Source of the DNA: Chrysomallon squamiferum
Lineage: Eukaryota; Animalia; Mollusca
NCBI GenBank assembly: GCA_012295275.1
Contig: CM022671.1
Span: 7,192,001 to 7,256,000, forward strand
DNA: 64,000 nucleotides
Direction: 5' to 3'
The position numbers were made by a program, and so were the translations under genes. Of this stretch, positions 30,149-44,110 are shown in pieces (within the stretch, counting starts at the first letter, position 1; each line of letters opens with the position of its first letter). The notes below the pieces were generated by a model. That model did no database searches. It was not told where the DNA came from and worked only from the letters and a program-made list of their open reading frames with translations.

Positions 30149-30570
30149 TCACGAAAACACACAGCTTCTCGGATCCGGTTCCGGTCTCGATCCTGGCGGA
30201 CAGTACCGGATGGCTTGCAGTTGTCCCCCCTGGCAGACATACGCCGTGCCTGGCCTCGCGCCCTCTATCGGAAAAGCTCCGTTAAAGTGGTTTTCGCAGG
30301 AGGGCATGGCTCCTCCGTGTTCTGTGGGAATCCTGTACAGATTAACACACCGTCTCTCCACCGGGTGGAAAAACTGGGGCACGAGGAACTGGTCGTCCCG
30401 GGGACACGTTTTCGTCATAATCGTTCTCTCCGATCTGCAGATGACGTAATTGGGCGTCCACTCGCGGCTGATGAAAACGTTGGGGCCGTCAGGGAAGTCC
30501 TCGCAGCTGGGGTAGACCTGGGAACAGGGGATGCAGTGTGGACCCAAACATCGGTTGTTACGATACTGAC
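30149..30570 (-). CDS. Chitin-binding protein, exon 3 (Cys-rich linker plus two degenerate CBM14-like domains, stop)
   Basis: Acceptor catcttacAG at 30572-30571. Reads (C)QYRNNRCLGPHCIPCSQVYPSCEDFPDGPN...REWTPNYVIC...FFHPVERRC...PSCENHFNGAF...YCPPGS...CVFS*. The HCIPC..PSC...DG.N...WTP.YV.C pattern matches my recollection of molluscan chitin-binding matrix proteins. Confidence 0.92.
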
Positions 30571-30978
30571 CTGTAAGATGTTTGTTAGGTGAAAAACGGA
30601 AGTGTTCAAAAAACATTTGACGATGTTTTTAAAGTAGAAAGAAATGCAAGAGAGAAATACACATGCATGATATATATATATATATTAAAGATATATAAAG
30701 ATTTCTTTTTTACAAACCGTAATTTATCTTACTCGAACAAAGAGACATAAACACAAACACACATTCGATGAAGCTTCATTAGTTTCGTAGCAGATCCGCC
30801 ATTACATTTACCGTTACACACATTAAATCTGAAACTCTGTAACAGGCGAGCCTCCAAAACATTTAAACAAAACATTCATACAAAATATTCATACAAAATA
30901 TACAAAACATTTATACAGAGTATTTGTACAAAATATTCATACAGAATATTTATACAAAACAAAATTACTACTACTCAC

Positions 30979-31218
30979 ATCCCGATTTATGCACTTTTCT
31001 CGTATCGCAGTCAACCAATGAAAAGTCTCGACACATTCTAAGCTGTCTGTCGAACAGTTGAGGATATTTGCATTCCTTTATCACCTTATCCAGTTCTACA
31101 GGTAATGTGTTGTCATGGTGACTACAGTTGTAGTACAGCTGGCATTCATCTGGGTGTGGTATTAACCCTCCCTTCCGACACTGCTCCACAAGTGTCAGAG
31201 GGCTAACAGACGTGTCAC
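30979..31218 (-). CDS. Chitin-binding protein, exon 2 (CBM14 domain 2)
   Basis: Acceptor gtttttcAG at 31220-31219 and donor GTgagt at 30978; 240 nt, phase 1-1. Reads (G)DTSVSPLTLVEQCRKGGLIPHPDECQLYYNCSHH...KECKYPQLFDRQLRMCRDFSLVDCDTRKVHKSG(C), a six-Cys CBM14 pattern. Confidence 0.92.
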
Positions 31219-31433
31219 CTGAAAAACCAGACAGTATTTAAGAGCTGTATTAGTATACATGGAAGAGGAAATTCCTCTTAGCTACTGCTGGATATGAAAC
31301 AAACTGAGCAATATAAAGATAACTACTAATATTAGGTGAAGAAGAAGAAAAAGTAAATTCATTTGTGTGTTTTGTAGATTCAGAAGAGAAGAAAGTCTTG
31401 TCCTGTATGATATCAAGTATGGTGTTGGTATAT

Positions 31434-31483
<50 letters not shown>

Positions 31484-31511
31484 GAATAATTTATTTATTT
31501 ATTTATTTTAT

Positions 31512-31568
<57 letters not shown>

Positions 31569-32636
31569 TTGATTACGGTTGATCTTAAATAAGTAATCGT
31601 AACAAAATAAAAACATAACGCTTCTTTCAAAAATCCTTAATTTTCAAATACTGATTTCAAGGATATAACAAAAATGAGGGCTTAAAATATTTTAGAATTT
31701 CACTATTGACAAACAAAAAGGTTTAATGACAAAAAAAAATATTTTATTTTTTTTTTGGGTTGTATTTTATTTATTTGTTTGGGTTGTTTGTTTGTTTCAA
31801 AATAGAAATAAAAAGAAACACACCTGTTTAGAAAAAAATTTAAAACTTAAAAAAAAGCATTGAACTTTTGATTGTGATTTCAAGGGTGTTACGACAAATT
31901 CTTGACGTTTCACGAGCTTTTAATGTGAAAATATCTGAGGAAAGTATTCCGATTAAATCTTTTTTTTTTTTTTTTTTTTTTTTTTGGTCTTTTCAGAAAA
32001 TTAATCAATGGAACGTCAACACGAAGCTCTCTGGTATGAATATTTAAAATATCTCATTTGTTTTATTAGGGTGGTTTAGCTGTAACGAGATTTATTTTTT
32101 TGTCAAATTTTATTTTTGTTTTTTTATTCTTTATTATTATCATTATTTTTTTCATTTTTTGGATTCTGAAGGAGTTTGGAAAATAGATTTTTGGGTGTTT
32201 TAGCTTTAATTTGTTTAGATGTTTATTTTGGGGGAGGTTTGTTGTTTTGGGATGATTTGTTTTTTTTTTCTTTTTTTTGTAATTTTATTTTTTATTCTGA
32301 ACTTCCCAATTGTTAAATATATTGATTGTTTGTGTTTGTTTTTGTTGTGGTTTTTTTATTTTTTTTGTTTTTTATTCGTATTTTTATGATTTTTGTCATT
32401 TTCTTGTTAATTCCTTCGTTCGTTTATTTATTTTCTTACTTAGTTCAATTTTCTTTTTTCAGTCTGTTCTATTATTAATTATTCTTTATTTTAATTTTTA
32501 TTACACTTTCTTATTTATTTATTTTATTTTTTTAAAAAATGTTAACTTTAAAATACATTATTTATTTAATTACTTACCTACTTTTTGTTCTTTTTTTGTT
32601 TTTCATTGTTATTATTTTATTATTATTATTTTATTA

Positions 32637-32674
<38 letters not shown>

Positions 32675-33530
32675 GAAGAAAAAGACTTTAATATTTTAAA
32701 ACTTTAAACTATAAAACGAAACCATTTGATATTAAGTTTCAACAAGTGTCACTGTTATTTAACGCAAAAAACCTTTGAAACAAATATAACTTCCATTTTA
32801 CTTTTTCTTCAAAATCGCTAAACTTTACAAACTACCAAATATATTGGCTCTCTTCCATGTCAAACATTAAAAAAATAAAAATAATATTTAAAAATACTGG
32901 TGCCTTTGTTAACAGTGATTGTCAGTATTTTTATAAGTCTTTGAAAAGACAAATATTTTTGTTAGCTTTTGTATCAGTTATACCCCCACAGATTTGTTCA
33001 TAAAAAGCCAAATTTATTTTTTATATGATCTTTTTCACAAACAGGTAAATATAAACAATAAAAACCAGATCAACAGATGTGTTGGAAAAAAATATTTTAT
33101 GTTATTTTTTGGTTTAGTATTTGTTGTTTAATAGCTCTTAAACCAATAATAATCGAACCCAAAATATTCACTAAAAAGAATCAAAATTTCTATTTATATT
33201 TGATATTTTATTTTGATGTTAAAGACTGTGAAATCAAATATATGCAAAAGATGGAATTATAAAAAATAATTTTTATATATCGTTCAGCAGGATTTAAATT
33301 TTTAATATTGCACTGGTTAATATATCGAAATTTAGAAGAAATATTGGTATACAGACAGATGATACAATTAAACTAATCTGTTTTTCTATTTGTTAGAAAG
33401 TAGAAACAAACAATTGCTCTGAGAATAATTTGTTTGTAAATGGACAACCAATCTTTGCTAACAATAAAGTATTTCCCCTTCGCAGTAATCACTTTAACAA
33501 AGGCAGAAAGAAAGAAACAAAGAAAAATAA

Positions 33531-33562
<32 letters not shown>

Positions 33563-33740
33563 TCCGACAGTGATATTTTGATAGATACATACGTACATAG
33601 ATATATGGATGAATATATAGATAGATATATAAATACATAGGTATATAGACAGATAGACCAACAAATAAAGAAACATACAAACAGACAGATGTAGAAAGAC
33701 AGACAGATAGACATACAGACGGAGGGATAGACAGACAGAC

Positions 33741-33856
<116 letters not shown>

Positions 33857-33899
33857 TAACGGAAAGAAAGGCAATTCTATTCAATAAGTTCTTACTTAC

Positions 33900-34139
33900 C
33901 CATGTCACAGTCGTCATACTGGCCTTTCGTTCTTACACAGACTTTCAGTTTTTGCTGAACACGAGGCCCCCGGGACAGTCGAATCTGTAGGGACGACCCC
34001 AGCTACATCTGTAGAACACAGAGCAATCATTTTCGTCTCTTATCCACTCAAAGGAACTACGACAGACGGGTTCGGCGTGCACGACGTCGTTCAGAATACC
34101 CATCAACATCCAAGTCATTACGACTTGAACGGTTTCCAT
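33900..34139 (-). CDS. Secreted chitin-binding (CBM14/peritrophin-A-like) protein, exon 1: signal peptide plus domain 1, with a 1-nt frameshift
   Basis: ATG at 34139 in gccATGg context. METVQVVMTWMLMGILNDVVHA is signal-peptide-like. It continues EPVC..DENDCSVFYRCSWGRPYRFDCPGGLVFSK, then in a shifted frame LKVCVRTKGQYDDCDM(G) up to donor GTaagt at 33899. The exon is 240 nt but needs 241 for the phase-1 join. Confidence 0.85.
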
Positions 34140-34199
34140 GGCCACGAATGAAAAATAGTTATACGTAAATGTCGATCACTTGACGGTGTGTTATTTTTA

Positions 34200-34270
34200 T
34201 TTCGAATCTGGATACGACAGAGTTATCTTTTCTTTTTATACGCGTGCCTTATTTCACTTTGTGACGTCAC
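34200..34270 (-). promoter_or_regulatory. Proximal promoter of the chitin-binding gene (TATA box plus CRE)
   Basis: On the - strand, TATAAAAAG at 34240-34232 lies about 100 nt upstream of the ATG with no intervening ATG. A perfect palindrome GTGACGTCAC sits at 34261-34270. Confidence 0.55.
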
Positions 34271-34752
34271 GAATCTTGGGAGTCATCGCCCGAATTGAGG
34301 AATTGTCAAACAGGAATAGCTTTTCGTAATGAATGTGTCGTCTGCAAACTGCTTGCGATGGTCTTTTTGTCCTCTTCTTTTTTTTACTTTGCTTTCTTTC
34401 TTTTTCTTTGTTTTTAATCTTATTTTTCTGTTTCTTTTTTTTTTTTTTTTTTTTTTTTAGATTGTCCAGGATTGGCGTTTGATCATAGCAAACCTACACA
34501 TCACACAGTAAAGTAGATTTTACAATCGTCAGCTGTTGACTGAAGGTGGAACTCTTCTTGTTCAACTGATGACCTGATCTGAATAATAAAAAAGTAAAGT
34601 AAACTATAAATGTGGCTGGCTTTTGTTGCGAGCCTTTCTTGACTTTGTCACAAATGTACGCTTTAGCTTTGCCAAACACAACTGACTTTTAAAGCAGTTC
34701 GCAAAATGTTTATAAAAGTAATTGGTTGGTAGGTTTATGCGAGGATTTTGTT

Positions 34753-34785
<33 letters not shown>

Positions 34786-35174
34786 TATTTGTGTGTAGAT
34801 CACGTAACTGAAGGATAGGTCAGTTTACTGTGACACTGAGGTTTGAATAATACTAAAATATATTTTACAACTGAGCAGCAGAAAACACAAAGAAGAGGAA
34901 GACAGAAACATGATAAGAAAGAAAAAAGGAACGAAAAACGGATAATATGTATGTGTGTAGGGTGTGTGTGTATTAATATTTCACACCAAGCTATGAAAAG
35001 CTTGTACTAATGCACCTGTAAGTTTTTATTACATGTTTGAGAATGGTTTATAGATATAGAAATATTATTTTACGACAGACATTTTCATATTTCTCTCTCG
35101 ATACCTCTGTCTGTCGCTGTATTTATCTTCCTCTCTGTACATGTTTAACTCCCTCTCTCACTCTATATAATCTA

Positions 35175-35215
<41 letters not shown>

Positions 35216-35254
35216 TTATCTCTGTCGTTGTCTGTCTGTCTGTCTGTCTATCGA

Positions 35255-35289
<35 letters not shown>

Positions 35290-35406
35290 TTATCTCTCTC
35301 TCTGTTGTCTCTTCTCTATGTATCTCTATATCTGTCTCTCTCTATCTGTCTATCTCTTTCTCATTATCTGTCTCTCTCTCTGTCTCTATCTCTGTATTTC
35401 TCTATC

Positions 35407-35503
<97 letters not shown>

Positions 35504-36335
35504 CATACTTTTATTCCTACAACATACAACACAACTGACACTTAACAACATTTTACAGATAGCATTGTCTCTAACAATTCTAAAATTGTGAAAAATGCTG
35601 CCCCCTATAACAGTAGAATTTATCTCCATACCGCAACATTTTACGACATACGGATGGATGGAAGACACGAACTTTGACCTCGAGTAAAACAAAGAGGAAA
35701 ACGAGTACAAGAAATCGAGTACAAAACGCCGTTTGACGAGACTATTTGAAAACACTGATTACGCTGAAAGTCGTGTCTGTGTTCTGCTGCAGTTGTAGTT
35801 ATGTCAGTAATGTTTGGTGAAAGAAGAATTCAGAGGGCTCAGAGTGCTGAACACAATTATCTGATCATGCACTTAATCATGTGGGATAACAATTAATCAT
35901 AAACACACACACACACACATATATACATAAATATACACACACACATATATATGCATATATACATACGCATATAGATACATACAAACAGATATACAGACAT
36001 ACATACAGACAGACAGACGTATCTATGAAAGATAGACTAAATATGATATTTAGAAAATAAATATTTATATACTGACACAGAGAAATAAAAAGGGATAGAT
36101 AGACTGATGAATGAATGGATGGATGGATGGATAGATAGATACAGAGATGGAGGGATGGAAAGACATAGACAAAGAGACAGGTTAACAGACAGACAGACAG
36201 AAGGATTGATAATGTTCAAATAATTTGTTAATATAGGTGTTTTTTGTTTCGTTTTGTTGTTTGTTTGTTTGTTGTGGGTTTTTTTTTGTAAAATAATACA
36301 ATTACACACTTCAGTTTATTAATTCAGTGTATTAC

Positions 36336-36440
<105 letters not shown>

Positions 36441-36983
36441 TAAGAAATTTGTAATACCTACAATTATTACTAAAAGTACATGAAATAACGTTTTTATGAA
36501 AAAACAGTTATACAGAAGTTTTAATCATTGTAGTCATTTTTTTAGCTTATATTGACTATCATGACTGTTTTGTTTAATAAAAAGGATAGTCGGATTTATT
36601 TACATTGGCGAATGGCAAATAATTCTAATATGTTTAACTGACGTGATTTTTACCAAGTTTGCCATATACAGAATGTTTTAAATAACTTACCTAAACTATA
36701 GAACGGTGTTTGTTTTTTAATTTATTTTTTTAATTTATTTTATTTTTTATTATTATATATATATATATATATATTATTTTTTTTTGTTGTTGTTGTATTT
36801 TGCAAAGTCAGTTAATTTTCAATACATTCATTGGTGACAGAATTATGAACAAATGGATTGATGGACATTTATATATATAATATAGTATGTCATAAATATA
36901 ATAATAATAATAATAATAATCATGATGATGATCATGATTATAATATTGACGATGATAATATTGATAATGATGACGACGACAAT

Positions 36984-37034
<51 letters not shown>

Positions 37035-37063
37035 AATAATAATAATAATAATAATAATCTTAC

Positions 37064-37345
37064 CTGAACTGAAGTTGGGAAAATTCGAAATGTCGTCAAG
37101 CTGTAGCACCAACTACACAAACGTCTAACACTGTATGGAATCGAAGAGTAAACCGTAGTAACGTGCACGATGACGTGCTGTCTATTGGTAACTAACCAAT
37201 CATCTTCGACAGAGCAGACGTCAAATGCGAAAAGCCTTCCCCTGGAAATGGGCCAAATCAAGGTCAAGCATTTTTTTATTTTTTTTTTTTTTTTTTTTTT
37301 TTTGTCTACGTCACTCGCATGACACTTCAGAATGCGGCCATTTTC
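37064..37345. promoter_or_regulatory. TATA-less promoter-like island with a - strand donor site
   Basis: CCAAT boxes in both orientations (about 37185-37200), TGACGT-type half sites and a YY1-like GCGGCCATTTT (about 37334-37344). A consensus - strand donor CAG|GTAAGA lies at 37064/37063. Confidence 0.4.
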
Positions 37346-37959
37346 TTAATATTCAATAATTACGTTTCGTGGTATTCTAAGTCAAGACGAGAATTTTGCT
37401 GGTGTTTAATCTTTATGCTGACTGTGTTGTTTGACTGTGATTGTGAACAAGTGTGAAGGTTGGGATATCTTGTCATCTAGTTGAGGTTACGATGCGTTGG
37501 TTGCTTCGTTTGATGACCGTAGTTTTAAAAAGATGGATTAAGTACTAAATGTAAAATGTGTTTATTGTTTTGTTTTGAAAACACGCCTGAATGTCAGCAA
37601 GGTTTTTAAGACGAAAAAGATGTGAAGATTATTTTTGGAATAATTTTTATTTTTATTTTTATTTTTTTGATAGTTATTTTGTTGTAATTATCGTTTGTTA
37701 AATTTCTCACTTGTTTAAGAAAGAAGGAATGAAACACAGAGAATGAGAGTGAAATAGGAAGGGAGTTATAAAATGAATTAAAAATTAATAATAATAAAAA
37801 CAGAGTGAGAAAATACAGAGAGAAGGCAAAAAGAAAAAAGAAACAGCGAAACAGAAGCAGAGAGTGAGAGAAAAACAGATAATGAAATGAAATAAAAAGG
37901 TAAAAAGAAAAACTTTAAAAGTTTTTAAAAAATGTAGAAGTGAAAGAAAATCCATAAAA

Positions 37960-38025
<66 letters not shown>

Positions 38026-38363
38026 ATCTCTTTCCTTTTTTATGTCATTCTCACTTTTTTCTTCTCGTTTTGTTGCAAAAAATAAGTACAGAGGATAACT
38101 TCTAGTGATTTTTCATAATAAAAGTTTTCAATATTTATTAAACAACATTAAACAACTTTTATTAACTCAAGTATGTTAACTATAACAATAACAAAATAAT
38201 AATAATCATAATAATCATAATAATAATAATAATAATAATAATAAAACAAACAAACAAAAACGTAAATTTAAACAAATAAAAGAAGAAATCATTTTTAAAC
38301 ATAGTTTTTAGATTGTCGTGACTGTTTGGGTAACTATTAAGTTCTTAAAATAATGAAGATGAG

Positions 38364-38731
38364 TGGCATTTAATCTAAATGCCAGTATTTTTTAGGAACT
38401 CAACTTTTAGATATTCCCAACGTAAACACGCCATTTTGGATTTAGCGATTTTTCATTTATAACTCTTAGTAATAGAAAATTGCATAATTATTCTGTTATT
38501 GAAAATTAATGGACTGTTTATCCAAACGAAAGCTTTATTTTACTATTTTTTTTATTTTTCATTTTTATTTTTTTTATCATTTTTATTTATTTTTATTTAT
38601 TTTTTTGTTGTTGTTGTTTATTATTGTTGTTGTGACTGTTGTAACTGGTGACAGAATTATAAACAAACGGATGGACAGCGGAAAAATTGTCACATGAGGC
38701 TGACCACTTGTATCTTCGATCGTTGAAAGAT
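38364..38731 (+). repeat. About 300-bp duplicated element, copy 1 (with an internal T-rich expansion)
   Basis: Near-identical to 41127-41424 from tggcattt through gaccacttgtatcttcgat...gaaagat. Confidence 0.9.
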
Positions 38732-38880
38732 TTTTGTAAACACAGTTTTCGTGTTGTATTCTGCTGTCTTCTAGCTAAATTCTGAACCAACAAAACCTAT
38801 TGATTAAAAAACGTCATAGTAAAATGTGGTTTGTTGACGTCGTCCATAGGTGCTTGGAATCTATGATCGAAAATGTTTTT

Positions 38881-39024
<144 letters not shown>

Positions 39025-39608
39025 AAACGGAAAAATTTCGGCAATAAGAATTATTGTTAACTATATTATCAAAATGTTTAAAATTAACTATTTTAATTGT
39101 AAGTTCCACTTTCACTTCAAGACAATATAAAATATTATACCGATGATAGCGCACTCGAATCCTTAATTACTGAGCATTATTAAGAAGTTTTTATTATAAT
39201 ATTATATTTTACGCACAGAGCTAAAACCAGCAAAGAAGAAAAAAAAAATCCGCTAAGTTCGTCTGACGTTAGTTAAAAACGAAAATGCAAAATTCTGCAA
39301 ACACTACACTGGTATTTTAAACCCGTTGCGCTTCACGCAGGTTTTTCTTCAACTTCGACTATGAATATCTTCACAAATGACTCGTCAACTGGTCACCGGT
39401 CGTTTTGTTTGCAGACAGATGAGCCAAAAAAACTTTTAAGAGCAGACAAATCGGCTTTAAGTCGTTTGGAAAATACAAAATAAAGTCGTGCGTTTTTTCG
39501 CTGGATAAACTGTGGTTTGTTAGAAGTAATAATAAAAACGTGACCTGCTGATTTTAATTTGTTTACTGTCTGTTGTTTTGGTTTTGTTTTGTCTTGGGTG
39601 TGAAAAAG

Positions 39609-39705
<97 letters not shown>

Positions 39706-41126
39706 ATGCATATTTGTGTGTTCTTGTGTTTGTGTCTGATGTTTATATGTGTGTGTGAATGTACGCTAGTGCGTGTGCGTGTGTGTGAATGTAAATGGTG
39801 ATATATATTTATATAATATGAAATAAAAGAGGATGCATTCTAAAATGGACTCATAGTACATACAAATCAGCGAGAAAAATTAAACAGAAGGTAGTTAAAC
39901 ACAGACAGTAGGTAGAATGGCAGGCAGATACACAGATAGACAGACAGACAGACAAACATATGCACTAACTAACAAAGTGACAGTCAGACACAGACACAGT
40001 ATTAATATGCAGCTGTTGTAGCAATGTTGCCTAAATTTAAGATAATCCAAGACTTTGACGATCCGGGAACCGAAAAAAAAAAAAAAAAAATTCAAAAGTT
40101 TAAAATTTATTTTGAGACAAAGTCGCGTCACCAGAACAATTTTGTTACGTTCTGCACGTGTAAAAGTTAACGAAATGATGCTAATAATAGATGAAGCATG
40201 ATATTGTTAACAAGAAAATGTTAACACAAACTTGTTGCCAAATCTTTAACATCTCGGACCTGTACGTCATCAAAAAAAATATTTATATTTTATTAGTCGA
40301 GATAAATGAAAGTTAATTTTGTTTTAAGTCGTAAAATAATAGTACGAAAGACAAGTGAAAAAAAGGTGTACTTCTGGCAGAAAGAATGAAATTTGGTGTG
40401 TAAAACTGTTTAAGGTATGTTCAATGCAGTTTTAAATGGAAGCAGATGTAGATATTATTACTATTCACAATTACAGTTATTTCGTCAGAGTAGGCATATT
40501 TTATTAGTTATGAATATATTTTATATATTTTTTTTTTAACAAAAAGTTACAAAGGTCTAAATTCTTTCTTTTTTATTTGTTTGTTTAATTTACTGGATAG
40601 TATTTCTCCGCTGTTCTGCCAAGTTAAGAAAAAAAAAAAAAGTAGCTAAATTAATAAATGTAACAACTCAGTGGGTATCTTTTGTTATCTTTTGTGTGTG
40701 TATGCGTGTCTGTATATATATTATTTTTCTTTCTTTATTTATTTATTACTACTACTAAAATTCTTTTTCCTTATCTTTGTTTTCTCTCACCACCATTTTG
40801 TAACAAAATGACGTAGAACCGGATTTTTGTTTGTTTTCGTTTGATTTGTGGTTATAAATATGACGTCAACAATAGAAACAACGTCACTCGCTGTTTGCTA
40901 AGTAAGTGGAAAGTCTTGGAATTTCCGAGAATTTAAACTGTTTTGAAATATCATCTTGCTATGTTCTTCTAGGACTTTGTCAATGAGTATATTATTTTTT
41001 GTTCTACTTTTATTTTTTTTTTTTATTCCTTATTTTTTTAGGTTATCTGTCAACTTTCTACCAAGGTTCAAGGATTCTAATGCAGCAAATACATATTATT
41101 TGGTTCGGAAATTAATGTTTCAAAAT

Positions 41127-41424
41127 TGGCATTTTATCAAATGCCAGTATTTTTTAGGAACTCAACTTTTAGATATTCCCAACTTAAACACGCCATTTTG
41201 GATTTAGCGATTGTTAAATTATAACTCTTAGTAATAGAAAATTACAGAATTATTCTGTTATTGAAAATTAATGGACTGTTTATCCAAACGAAAGCTTTAT
41301 ATTACTATTATTGTTTATTGTTGTTGTGACTGTTGTAGCTGGTGACAGATTATAAACAAACGGATGGACAGCGGAAAAATTGTAACATGAGGTTGACCAC
41401 TTGTATCTTCGATTGGTGAAAGAT
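41127..41424 (+). repeat. About 300-bp duplicated element, copy 2
   Basis: Direct repeat of 38364-38731, located 2.76 kb downstream. Confidence 0.9.
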
Positions 41425-41531
41425 CTTAATCCCAGCATTTTATCAAACTGATGTTTTAAAATATTCCGATTTCCATTACTTTGGCAAACTTTCTATATTT
41501 CCGTCTAAGTTAATTAATTATATTGCGCTCG

Positions 41532-41563
<32 letters not shown>

Positions 41564-41588
41564 GTCTGTCTGTCTGTCTCTGTCTCTG

Positions 41589-41663
<75 letters not shown>

Positions 41664-42741
41664 TTTTTTACTTACAGATTTTTACGTTAGTGTTTTCGAA
41701 TTTTAAAGCATAAAACAACAACGACGACAACGACAAGAATACAATTTCATTAAAAGAAGAAAACAAAACAAAGCTCATGTCCACATTAAGATTTAACCGG
41801 TAAATTAAAAAAATGTGTTGACTTATTTAATTCACATATTCAAACCAGATTTAGTGACATTATTAAAATTTTACTTTTCCATTTATTTTATTTTATTTTA
41901 TTTTACTTTATTTTATGTTATGTTATTATTAGAAATAGTATTTATTTTATTTTATTTCGCAGATCTGTATAAAGTTTTATTGTTTCCAAACTGTTTCAGT
42001 AACAAAAAAAAAAAAATGACACAATCGTGTGAATTACGAATACAAGATGACGAAGAAAACCAGTCGATGGCTTCAAAAGACTTCTCAACGATCGCAGCGT
42101 AACGCGATTAAAAGACTCAGTTTGGGAATTGCGCCAAGTGCAGCTTTGTCGTCTGCGTTACTTGCCCCTGTTCTAGCGGTCCCGCCAAACACCGCACAGC
42201 GCCTCTCTTAAACGGCGTTAAATTCTGGCTACAAAGTGATAATCCTGGTTAACCTTGGCATTGTTCGGCAGTAAACTGATCAGCCACGTTAAAGATAATC
42301 AACGAGTCGACGCGACATTTTTTCACAGTGTAAGCCTGAGATATGCTAAGCATGTTGTTTGTCGAATGTGCAAATGGAAAGCCAAATTAAATAGATTAAA
42401 ATGCTTGACAAATAAAGCGAATAACAACTTTTTGTAACATCGGTTTTCATTACGTTTTTTAAGAAAAAAAAAGTGCAGTAGATTCGCGAGATGATGTACT
42501 TTGGGTGAAAATCGATTGATTTTCTGACAAACTGAAGCAGATTAACACGAGAGCAGTCAATTAATTAATCAAAGAAACGAAAGATCTAACAAATCGGTCA
42601 GTAATAAATAAATAAATACTGACGACATATTAACCATCAGACAATATTAAAATTTAAAATACCAATAATATATTGAAAAAATTTAATTATATTGCTCTGA
42701 AATTATTTGTAACACTTGAAAAAAAAACCCACAAAAGCAGC

Positions 42742-42778
<37 letters not shown>

Positions 42779-43177
42779 GAAATAATCATCATCATCGTCA
42801 TCATTATTATGATCATCATAATCATCAAAAAACATTTCGCTCGGTAATTGATGTATTTTCGTAGTGGGCGTCGTTAAACATTCATTTATTTATTTATTCA
42901 AAATTTGGCAATACGTCTGAACATATGTTTTCTGTCTGTGAGTTTTGCCTAGTCACGTGATAATATGACTTACTGTTTACGTGTGAAGATGTCACATTGC
43001 GTCTATTATTAGCATCGTTTCGTTAAATTGCAAAACGTGCAGAAAAGAAGAAAATGTATTTGGCAACAGCAACACCACCAGATTTTTTTTTTATTTGGTT
43101 AATTTTGTTCTCGTGATTTTATTGTTAACTATAATTAAATTATTACTGTTTGTTTTCTGAAAAATGTATGTATGTAA

Positions 43178-43221
<44 letters not shown>

Positions 43222-43347
43222 ATCATTTATATTGTAGAACAACTATAATAACAATTATCATCACACTTATTTTATCATCAACATTATCATCATCACCATT
43301 ATGAACAACATTATTAAATTCATTATTATTATTATTATTACTATTAC

Positions 43348-43413
<66 letters not shown>

Positions 43414-44035
43414 GGTTGTCATTGCTGTTATTGTTGTTGTTATTATCGATAAAAAAAAAAAAAAAAAGGACTGCAGACAGATGTATCTTTGACCAGATAA
43501 ATAAACAAATCTAAAATGAGCCACAATAAGAAAAAGAGAAGGAGAGAAAAAAAAAGGTAGTTTAAACTTTACATTAAGTTCAAGCTCGCCTGTGCTGGAA
43601 ACAAATACCACGAGAAAGTGATAAAATACCAGAAGACAGGTTAGACAGAAGAGAAACAATACTGACCACATTTAGTCAACGTACATTAGTTCTCGCTTGG
43701 AAACCGACATCGGTGTACGAACTCATTACCTTAGAGAGATAAATTTGAAGTAAAGCGTCATCTGGGCCATGCAAACAGTGAAATTTAAACAGCTGAAAAT
43801 AAAATGAAATGAAACAGCTATTGTTTTAGATTTTATACTAAGGCTATTTGACCGTTTATCGGGCTTCCAGAAAATCGGTTTTAGAAATGCATTAATTATG
43901 TATCTGTTAAATACAATTTTGTTCCTTTACTTTTAATTTTTTTTTTTTTTTTTTTGTTACCGAATAAACGGTTCTATGCTGTTTAGAATATTTCTTGTGT
44001 AGTATATATTCTGTGTGTAGAGGTGACTGTAAACC

Positions 44036-44110
<75 letters not shown>

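Noticed and set aside
30210-30609. Antisense and alternative-frame ORFs over chitin-gene exon 3
   Set aside because: Shadow ORFs of a GC-rich real exon.
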